A stretch of DNA of 31,338 bases from the IMG/VR virus record IMGVR_UViG_3300020043_002028, positions 1 through 31,338 of that record; one strand, given 5' to 3'. Within the stretch, counting starts at the first letter, position 1. Every line of letters begins with the position of its first letter. The DNA is from a virus. Its lineage: Duplodnaviria; Caudoviricetes. Shown here piece after piece: positions 25,201 through 31,338 of the stretch. A model generated the notes under the pieces. It worked only from the letters and a program-made list of their open reading frames with translations. It was not told the DNA's origin and did no database searches. The translations under genes were made by a program, and so were the position numbers.

Positions 25201-25300
25201 TAAAGTTAGATGAGTAGCTTATGCTCTCATTCTCGTATAGGTCTACTACTACTTGAGTGCCATTATCGGCCGTTACTTTTAGTATTACTGTTGGCCTCAT
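22226..25300 (-). CDS. Large tail tip/baseplate protein
   Basis: 1024 aa, VDLYENESI...FSREFRIPAT.NN N-terminus, beta-rich; tail module context. Confidence 0.75.
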   Translation of the reverse strand: MRPTVILKVTADNGTQVVVDLYENESISYSSNFNSVSEFTTRGAFSREFRIPATKNNVDFFGQQYNANLLNDDTTQINVLRKIAATLSVDTLPIAEGHIQFKQSVTHQGQIHEFVIAFFGETVDLARSIGDKLLKDLDYSDLDHENTYENVNLINDGSLFDNAICYTLTDRGQNWSEDSTIGSRRIFSSVNPIYTGELTLALQAKWLLNKIITEAGFTYSGDTLDTELTEMYIPYVTNPLVAGTVSTDEAKFSAHYTSNQSVTINTQGNSGLYYKQLTGWVETLDPSNSFASDIYTAQGNYNCTFNVNLEVDVDLTGYSNDSWHTYDINLRITRNGLDFIVPIPNAQSVGPTQLEWIAGTNLYNIVQNNPFTVNTSLELPLQVGDQIKVFIYAHAGSSQNVTINADSSIGITFVTGELQGQPVSFDKNAPEQKQVDFLRDILKMFNAVLVPNPNMPNAVEIIPMVEYLGSGEDYDWTGKLDLSKDILLTPAADIRKRLLKWSYKEQGDVLNAKYKSGAQRVYGELRLTDAGNDFSTSDFTVELTFGASPCDLIPNTNYIIPKYFNDKGEFMAPGPRILYKRAFEESAVVMVYDEVAEDASFTVIPLLCHYQNIPTQIGTNDLNFGQEIPPHPIETIPLHTLFDRYWREYISELYDSEQKIMEAYFKLSVTDVFGLKFNDKIWVKDSWWRVIELTDYIVADEQVTKCKLIRLLDIGALCQYKPSVINASTGAVQFIDYDGNLSYGSQTCCEYYGYTWSTDKGRCYATTVTNGTPGIISSPNAVGGSNITNTSGNQKSATGMGNVVRAEIENNNERIFVSGLGHGISPNNNYSQAMGYRNFIRPNLEGTTVMGRWAEADVRGVHFGGGTWYDGASDFGTTIPGRSQHGFIQLMGVGEMVSNPTDVNLFVDGINNGTIVLPTETVWAVKVYISVMEYNYGTTDFTGNVAAIEYSCMLWRDKVTNYSATPNKTHEFVSGFSSNSFVLHLPVVSNKIAPYLECKHVGKMAVISATFQYTQSKFQRIPII

Positions 25301-26577
25301 GCTGTATAGTCGTTACTGAATTTTAATGTTAATTCTAAATCTGTTTTACGTGAGCTTCTGCTCTTAACTGCTGTATAATTGTTAGAGTCTATTAGTACCG
25401 GTGTAGCTGAGCCATCTGCTCCAATCATGTAAACCGATTCGGAGTAAATAAGATTCTTAAGGTATTCAAATTGTCCTTCTGTTAGAAAGTCAGTTCTAAT
25501 ACGCATCATTTTTTCTACGAATGGGCTACGCTCGGTTAAGCCTCGGTCATAAGTATTAAATCCAAACGCTGTAGTTTCATCTGCTGTGCCATAGTTACCT
25601 ACTACCTTTCTATATCTCTTACGCTCTACTGAGTAAGAATCTTCAGAGCGTTTAGTAAAGTTGAAGTAGTCCCATCCACCTCTGCTATTGGTCCATCCTA
25701 ATCGTATCTTCTCGAATCTGCATTCATCCTCTGCCTTGAATACTGCTATTGAGCGTGCAGCTGCTGAGCCGCCACTCTTTCTAAAGTTAATTAAATAGTG
25801 ATTCCATGTAGAATCTAATCCGAAAATGTCATCTATGTTACCTGGTAGTAGTGGCAGATGGTTAATAGTTCCTGCTGCAATTACGCAAGATAAAGTGTCA
25901 GTCTGAATAGGTGTGCCTGCTGCATTAAATTGCACTATCTGCACGTTATTGATAGCGTTGCCTGTTAAGGCTGTGCCATTATCAGTAGGAACAGTTAGCA
26001 CCCCATAGTCATCAGCAAAGCCTGTTATGCCTATTGTGTTAGCGCCTAAGCTATATTGAGTTAATACGTCATCCATTGCATAAGTCTCTCTAACTAAATC
26101 ACTCATGATGTAGCTTGTGCCTGATGTAAGTGCAAAGTGAGTAGCAGGATTAGGGTTAAAGCCATCACTAATCTGAAAAGCTGCATTGATTAAAGCGCTG
26201 CCATCTAATGGATATTCAGTAGCTTGTACCTCGAATACACCTAACACCTCATACCCCTCTTGTATAATTGTGCTAATGCCTAAAACATTACGCGATGTAG
26301 CTGCATCTTGCACCGTTGTAGATGCAAATAATGAAGGCACAGAGTCAGTACTGTTTACCCCTAAATCCATGGCTTGAGATACCACAGGGTTAAGATCAAA
26401 AACTAAAGCGCCATTAATATTTGGCTGCACGTAAAAAGTATTTGTAGTAGTGCCATTGCTAACAGTTACCACGTAGCGAAAGCCAGGCTGCCCTATGTTA
26501 GAAGATGTAGCCACTACTATAAGCTTCTGCTTTAGTGCAGTAAATTCGTAGGGCTGCTGATGTATTGTAATTGCCAT
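25297..26577 (-). CDS. Tail structural protein (distal tail-like)
   Basis: 426 aa, C-terminal WTNSRGGWDYFNF...L..SE.VY pattern; precedes the tail tip gene. Confidence 0.65.
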   Translation of the reverse strand: MAITIHQQPYEFTALKQKLIVVATSSNIGQPGFRYVVTVSNGTTTNTFYVQPNINGALVFDLNPVVSQAMDLGVNSTDSVPSLFASTTVQDAATSRNVLGISTIIQEGYEVLGVFEVQATEYPLDGSALINAAFQISDGFNPNPATHFALTSGTSYIMSDLVRETYAMDDVLTQYSLGANTIGITGFADDYGVLTVPTDNGTALTGNAINNVQIVQFNAAGTPIQTDTLSCVIAAGTINHLPLLPGNIDDIFGLDSTWNHYLINFRKSGGSAAARSIAVFKAEDECRFEKIRLGWTNSRGGWDYFNFTKRSEDSYSVERKRYRKVVGNYGTADETTAFGFNTYDRGLTERSPFVEKMMRIRTDFLTEGQFEYLKNLIYSESVYMIGADGSATPVLIDSNNYTAVKSRSSRKTDLELTLKFSNDYTA

Positions 26578-27200
26578 TATGCAGGTTTAATATTAGTTAA
26601 TTTTCTTGTTTGGTTTAAGATGTAGATGTTCACAGCTTCGCCCATTGCAGCGTTAAGCTCTGTAGCATATTCAGGTAGTGTTTCTAAATAGGCATCTCTC
26701 CAATAGTATAGCGGAGCAATACCTTTCTTTTCAATGCTCTTGGCCATAGCGTTAGCTACTCTTCTGCGCTGGTCCTCATCTTTGTTTACTGCGCTCTTGG
26801 CGAACTTAGTTCTCTTCCCTGTATCTCCAATGGCACGTAGCTTAATCCTCTTTAAGTTCATCCAATTAAGGATAGCTTCAACAGGAGGCTTAGCTGCGCT
26901 TGCTGCGAATCTTGTATCTATGCCTCTATAGTTACTCTCCTTACCTTGCCTTCCGTATTCTACCCACTTAGCGTAATCAGCAGTAGATCCAAACTCAATA
27001 GCTGGTACTGAGCCTGTAACATCCATAGAATAAAATAGCGAAGCTGCAAGCGTTCCTGTAGTGTTAGCCTTGCGCTTCTTGCCGTAGCGTGTCTGTTGTA
27101 TTTTAATGTTAGAGCGTGCACGATCAGTAACGGTCTCTCCGAAATCTAAGAGCACATCATAGAGCGCTCCCTGTTCAAACAGCTCAGCTAAAATGCTCAT
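26577..27200 (-). CDS. Putative neck/tail-completion protein (HK97 gp10-like)
   Basis: TGTLAASL, YAKWVEYGR, PPVEAILNW and SIEKKGIAP motifs. Confidence 0.65.
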   Translation of the reverse strand: MSILAELFEQGALYDVLLDFGETVTDRARSNIKIQQTRYGKKRKANTTGTLAASLFYSMDVTGSVPAIEFGSTADYAKWVEYGRQGKESNYRGIDTRFAASAAKPPVEAILNWMNLKRIKLRAIGDTGKRTKFAKSAVNKDEDQRRRVANAMAKSIEKKGIAPLYYWRDAYLETLPEYATELNAAMGEAVNIYILNQTRKLTNIKPA

Positions 27201-27319
27201 TCTTTATCTGCTTCCTCTTTAATCTTGTTAAAGAATTGGATTAGTGGTAAGCCAAATTTTGTAGGCATCTCTTGAATAAAAGCGTCTAATTGCTTTAAGT
27301 GTTCCTCTGTTAAGTTCAT
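27197..27319 (-). CDS. 40-aa hypothetical protein
   Basis: Manual translation MNLTEEHLKQLDAFIQEMPTKFGLPLIQFFNKIKEEADKE*; ATGA overlap with the next gene. Confidence 0.7.
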   Translation of the reverse strand: MNLTEEHLKQLDAFIQEMPTKFGLPLIQFFNKIKEEADKE

Positions 27320-27321
27320 GG

Positions 27322-27576
27322 TTAGAAAGTTAAGATTGTTACTCCTATCGCGTTTGCTACGCACTCAGCAACCCACTCGTTGTCTGTTCCCCACGCTGCG
27401 AACTCTTGTTCGGTCAATGTGTAGTTACCATTGCTTAGGACTTTGCCTTCGTCAGTCTTGAGTTCGTAATATGTAGTGCAAGTAGTTGCGCTTGTTTCGA
27501 AGTTGAGAATGAGAACACTCATCTCTGTTGCTATCCCTGCGTTTAGAGGGAATGTGATTGGTTGTATTTTAGCCAT
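27322..27576 (-). CDS. Small fibre-associated protein
   Basis: 84 aa directly after the fibre gene; role inferred from position. Confidence 0.7.
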   Translation of the reverse strand: MAKIQPITFPLNAGIATEMSVLILNFETSATTCTTYYELKTDEGKVLSNGNYTLTEQEFAAWGTDNEWVAECVANAIGVTILTF

Positions 27577-27594
27577 TGTATTTATATTTATTTA

Positions 27595-29853
27595 TTATAC
27601 TGATGTTATTGTTTCCCAAGATGAAGCCGTTCTCACGCAAAGTTTACCCAAAGTAGTATCGTAAACAACCAACCCTGCCGCAGGTGAAGCAATAGCGTTC
27701 TTTTGCGTTGTAGTCATTCGCGGAGGAAGGAAGCCTGTAGTTGTAGAATCTACTTGTAATCTTGCAGAGGCTAATTTATTGGTAGAAAAACCAACCATTA
27801 AATCTCCATTAATTTCACCTGCACCGCTATGAACAAAATAACCATTTTTTACTACTCTAAATCTTACAGAACCTCCAAGTTGTAAACTAATTAAATCAGA
27901 AAGCGAAGCACTCGCTGTATCGGTGATATTTACCTTTAACGCTATTGGTGTTCCTGTTGTATTCCACGTTTGAGAAATATCCAAAGCACTCGTAGCTGTA
28001 CTTCCTGTAAGCGTTGCAGGTGTTATTGTAGTTGTTCCACTCACCCTTACAGTACCATTTACATCTAATTTGTACCCTGCATCTGTTGTTGTGCCGATGA
28101 GAATGTTTCCTTTTAGAGCAGTCTTTGTTATACTATCATTTCCCAACACAACGCTGTTTGATCCTATACCTGTTGCATTGAAACCTATTACTATTTGATT
28201 GGTTTGTGAATTGGCATTTGCTTTAGCTCCATAACCAAGAAAAACAGAATTATTTGTATTGGTTATAACTGTTGTACCATCAGCTGCATATCTTCCTGAT
28301 TGATAACCTATGGCAGTATTCAAGTTTCCATCTACATTGTCCTGCAAGGCACGAACTCCAACAGCAGTATTTTGAGCTCCTGTAGTATTTGAAACCATTG
28401 CGTTTCTTGAAATAGCTGTATTTTCGGAACCTGTAGTGTTCGAGTTCAATGCACTTTCACCTAATGCGGTATTAGTAACTAAATTTCCACCACCTCTACC
28501 AACTTTAACGCTATTAAATCTCGCATCTGAACCTACAACATCCAACCTATAACCTGCATCCGTAAACGTGCCACCACTTTGAAGAACAAGGTTACCTGTT
28601 GTTTGGAATAATGTAGCGTAAGCTGTACCTCCACTTCCTCTTATAACTAAATTGCTTGAGTTAGTTTGAATTGCTTGTGTTTGCGTTGTGCTACTAAATA
28701 CTGTTCCTGAAATAGCTCTAATACTTCCATTTACATCTAAGGTAACACCTGGCGAAGCTGTACCAATACCTAATCTATTATTAGTATCATCCCAAAATAG
28801 ATTAGCGTTGTCCTGCGCTATCGTTGTGCCGTTGCTGAACAATACGCTGCCGCTTGTAAGCGAAGGAAGGTTGAAAGTACCTACGCTGAATGTTCTATCT
28901 GCTGATAAGTCTTGCGTTGTTCCATTGATCGTGATAGTGCGAGTGTCAGGCACTAAACCTGCGATAGATGGAATGGTAGGCTTATTCAATATCTGAGCAT
29001 CTCCACTAATTGCATTCCAATCAGCATTGACATTCACCTCTGCGCCTGCTTCAATGCCTGCGAGCTTGCTCTTTTCTGCTGTTGTATAATCTTCAGTAGA
29101 TAGCCCTTTACCTGCTATCTTATCTACCTTATCAGTTTGCAGCGCTGCGATGTCATCTACTATAGATATGATGGTAGCGCATTCGGGTAAATCTTCGCAG
29201 GTGATTCCTACGTTATCTATTAGCTGATGCCATCCCTTTACACCGCTTGCATTAGTACCGTAGTAGTAAGAATTACCAGGTGCTTCTACGTCATTAAGCA
29301 AGCTAACATAAGCTCCATTCTGATCTAATGAATCTATAAATTGAAGCGCTCCCCATCCATCACTTCCTGAATCTGTTGGAGTGTTATAATTCCAGCTTGC
29401 AGGAATGCTGCATGCGCTCCAATCGTAATCTAAGCTTAGCTCTATTGTTCCTGTTACACCGGTTAAAGTGTGAGTGTACTGCTCTACAAATGGCTCTGCA
29501 TTAACAGGGCGAGTAAGCAATACATCTGATCCAAACATATTGCCCAAGTAAATCTCATTAATTAAGTCTTGAAAGATTAATGAGCAGTCAGTAATACTCT
29601 CTGCTTGGTAGCCTGTTTTATCTTCCTTATCTCTTGGTAAATCTGAAATGAATACTTCAAAGCTGAAGCTGCGAGTGCCAGGTGAATAGTTAATAGCGCG
29701 AGGCTTAATGTGCAGCCATGGCCACTCTGCCTCTTTCTCTAAATCAGCTTGGCTAATCTCTCCATGCGTAAACCTTCTCAGCTGAAAGTGCCCTGCTGCG
29801 AACTGTCTAAACCTATCTACTATTACGTTGTATGTGTAGTTAATTGTGCTCAT
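27595..29853 (-). CDS. Tail terminator-like N-domain fused to a fibre/adhesin
   Basis: Compact ~155-aa N-domain, then KVDK..GKGLSTEDYT fibre motif, NNRLGIGT, DAGY(R/K)LDV repeats, NTA(L/V/I)G beta-roll repeats and GFLPPRMTT C-terminus. Confidence 0.75.
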   Translation of the reverse strand: MSTINYTYNVIVDRFRQFAAGHFQLRRFTHGEISQADLEKEAEWPWLHIKPRAINYSPGTRSFSFEVFISDLPRDKEDKTGYQAESITDCSLIFQDLINEIYLGNMFGSDVLLTRPVNAEPFVEQYTHTLTGVTGTIELSLDYDWSACSIPASWNYNTPTDSGSDGWGALQFIDSLDQNGAYVSLLNDVEAPGNSYYYGTNASGVKGWHQLIDNVGITCEDLPECATIISIVDDIAALQTDKVDKIAGKGLSTEDYTTAEKSKLAGIEAGAEVNVNADWNAISGDAQILNKPTIPSIAGLVPDTRTITINGTTQDLSADRTFSVGTFNLPSLTSGSVLFSNGTTIAQDNANLFWDDTNNRLGIGTASPGVTLDVNGSIRAISGTVFSSTTQTQAIQTNSSNLVIRGSGGTAYATLFQTTGNLVLQSGGTFTDAGYRLDVVGSDARFNSVKVGRGGGNLVTNTALGESALNSNTTGSENTAISRNAMVSNTTGAQNTAVGVRALQDNVDGNLNTAIGYQSGRYAADGTTVITNTNNSVFLGYGAKANANSQTNQIVIGFNATGIGSNSVVLGNDSITKTALKGNILIGTTTDAGYKLDVNGTVRVSGTTTITPATLTGSTATSALDISQTWNTTGTPIALKVNITDTASASLSDLISLQLGGSVRFRVVKNGYFVHSGAGEINGDLMVGFSTNKLASARLQVDSTTTGFLPPRMTTTQKNAIASPAAGLVVYDTTLGKLCVRTASSWETITSV

Positions 29854-29856
29854 ATC

Positions 29857-29868
29857 TATTAGTGGAAA
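29857..29868 (-). promoter_or_regulatory. Candidate late promoter motif TTTCCACTAATA
   Basis: Identical to 19264-19275; 3 nt before the ATG at 29853. Confidence 0.6.
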
Positions 29869-30139
29869 TTAAGTAAGCTTTTGTTGTAGGCTGTTAGCGT
29901 AATCCATAGCGTAGGTTAAATGGGTGAATATTGTTGAAGCTCTCGTCTTAGTTATAGCATCGAACTTAGTTACATCTCTCTCTGCCATCTCTTCGATAAC
30001 ATGCCACCATTGATAAACACTTGCTAATGTTTCACCTCTTCGGCTAACTGACTGATCTCCCTCTTCAGCCTCTCCAGCTCCGCTTCTAAATATTCGGGTG
30101 TACTGTTCACTAAATCGTTTCTGAGTGTCGAAAAAAAAA
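29869..30139 (-). CDS. -1 frameshift extension of tail assembly chaperone, allele B (complete)
   Basis: T9 slippery run at 30131-30139; -1 frame FDTQKRF...HLTYAMDYANSLQQKLT* ends at TAA 29869-29871. Confidence 0.88.
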
Positions 30140-30608
30140 GCAGCGCAGCATTCACGTTGGCTAAGTTTAGCTGCCTCATTTGAGGAGCGTACTTAAGATG
30201 CACATCACTATCATACTCCTCTATCTTGTACTGCAAATTAATCTCAGCTGTAACTGGTCTATAGAGAATGCACATTAGCTCAGGCAGTTGGTGAGGGAAG
30301 TTCTTACTTAATTCAGATAGATCTAACCATTCGCCAAAGGTCATAGATTTAAGGTTAGGATGAAAGCCGAACTTAATACCATCTATCTCTATGAACTGCT
30401 TAAATACCTTTTCATCATTCTTAAGCCCTTCAGCATAGGCTGTAACTATCTTTTCAATAGTTGCCATGTCTATCTTTCTAATATCGTCTCGCTTCAATCC
30501 TGTGATGGCTTGAATCTGTGAAACAGTATCTTCACCTGCTGCTACAAAGTCTACGTATGTCCCGAGCGTTTGATCACTGTACTTAGTGCTTATTATCTTG
30601 TCGCTCAT
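30024..30608 (-). CDS. Tail assembly chaperone, allele B
   Basis: 194 aa, near-identical to 125-709. Confidence 0.75.
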   Translation of the reverse strand: MSDKIISTKYSDQTLGTYVDFVAAGEDTVSQIQAITGLKRDDIRKIDMATIEKIVTAYAEGLKNDEKVFKQFIEIDGIKFGFHPNLKSMTFGEWLDLSELSKNFPHQLPELMCILYRPVTAEINLQYKIEEYDSDVHLKYAPQMRQLNLANVNAALLFFSTLRNDLVNSTPEYLEAELERLKREISQLAEEVKH

Positions 30609-30611
30609 AGC

Positions 30612-31019
30612 TTAAATGTTTGTACCATCAATAGTTATGTTAATGCTCTTTATCTCAGTGCTCAGCTCTTGCCTTTCAATATATCCTCTCTGCTTGCCTT
30701 GTGTCTTTAAGTAGAAGATAACAGCTGATGTGTTAGGAGCATCCTTAATAGTTACTACCTCACCATCATGGGTTAATGCCTGGCGCTCTGCTCCCTCCAT
30801 TAGCTTCTTAAGCTGCGACTCTGCGAAGTCAAGTGCTACATTCTTAAGCGAAGCTACAGCGGCTGCATACTCTGCGTCATCTTTGAGCCACTCATAGTGA
30901 ATAGTTCTGCTTAAGCCCATCTTCTCACATGCCTCAGTTACATTGCCAAGCGAAGCCGTAAGTGCCTGAATCATAGCTTCTTTTTTGATTGTCAATTTTT
31001 GTAAAGGCTGCTCACTCAT
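30612..31019 (-). CDS. Putative terminase small subunit, allele B
   Basis: Identical in protein to allele A from HYEW onward; divergent N-terminal HTH. Confidence 0.75.
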   Translation of the reverse strand: MSEQPLQKLTIKKEAMIQALTASLGNVTEACEKMGLSRTIHYEWLKDDAEYAAAVASLKNVALDFAESQLKKLMEGAERQALTHDGEVVTIKDAPNTSAVIFYLKTQGKQRGYIERQELSTEIKSINITIDGTNI

Positions 31020-31338
31020 GCTAACTTATTCTTAAAGTGTGTTATTAACTGCTCCATCTTAGAATCATAGTATTTAGCAAATGTACTAAAACCTTCGTTA
31101 TCAGCTTCATAAACTCTAAACATTATACCTCTTAGTCTCTGAGATGGCTTCTTTAGTGTATCTTCTAACTCTGATTTCAAGCTTTCCACAGCATCTAACT
31201 CCTCACGTCTGAAGCTCTCATCTTTAAAAGCTAAATAACCGAACTGATTAGCTGTGCCAAATAGCTCAGCCGCTTGTGCCGGAGTAAGCTCATTAGTACC
31301 AAAGGTAAGCTTAAGAGTCTTATCTTTTCTTGTGCCTA
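31016..31338 (-). CDS. Partial copy of the 117-aa hypothetical protein (5' end outside window)
   Basis: Aligns to 1358-1680. Confidence 0.85.
   Translation of the reverse strand, partial: GTRKDKTLKLTFGTNELTPAQAAELFGTANQFGYLAFKDESFRREELDAVESLKSELEDTLKKPSQRLRGIMFRVYEADNEGFSTFAKYYDSKMEQLITHFKNKLA

Larger units (their letters stand above)
29900..31338. repeat. Copy B of the diverged terminal repeat
   Basis: See 1-1680; lacks the 711-947 ORF. Confidence 0.97.

Noticed and set aside
461-28996. All plus-strand ORFs in the track (e.g. 461-859, 19214-19483, 28688-28996)
   Set aside because: They are antisense shadows of well-supported minus-strand genes, with no recognisable motifs.
29900-31338. 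True direct terminal repeat or gene duplication
   Set aside because: Packaging-generated terminal repeats are identical. These copies differ by many synonymous changes and a gene indel, which fits strain variants.
29900-31338. Diversity-generating retroelement TR/VR pair
   Set aside because: No reverse transcriptase; differences are codon-synonymous rather than adenine-specific.

Overview
The window is an essentially complete ~29.7 kb tailed (siphovirus-like) phage genome. Its TAnnTTTG promoters point to a Bacteroidota/Flavobacteriia host, and all credible protein genes lie on the minus strand. It encodes terminases, portal, XkdF-like protease, scaffold, capsid, tail and lysis modules, plus an ECF-type sigma factor, a VRR-NUC nuclease, a metallophosphoesterase, an SSB, a DnaA-domain-IV protein and a split C5 methyltransferase. 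I found no integrase, DNA polymerase or helicase. Positions 1-1680 recur as a diverged allele at 29900-31338, probably two co-assembled strains; only the last 151 nt are identical. The most striking signal is a putative ~70-nt plus-strand sRNA (4302-4372) with its own promoter and terminator, complementary to the start-codon regions of at least five early genes. Its promoter and the other host-type promoters carry DnaA boxes, and the phage encodes a DnaA DNA-binding domain, suggesting an RNA-plus-DnaA-box regulatory circuit. Other signals: a -1 frameshift in the tail chaperone supported by strain synonymous changes, a dnaX-like slippery site in the portal gene, a tail terminator-fibre fusion, a mini-protein resembling the RNR C-terminal CxxC tail, two structured RNA candidates and a candidate late-promoter motif. 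Product names come from motif recognition and gene context, not database searches.
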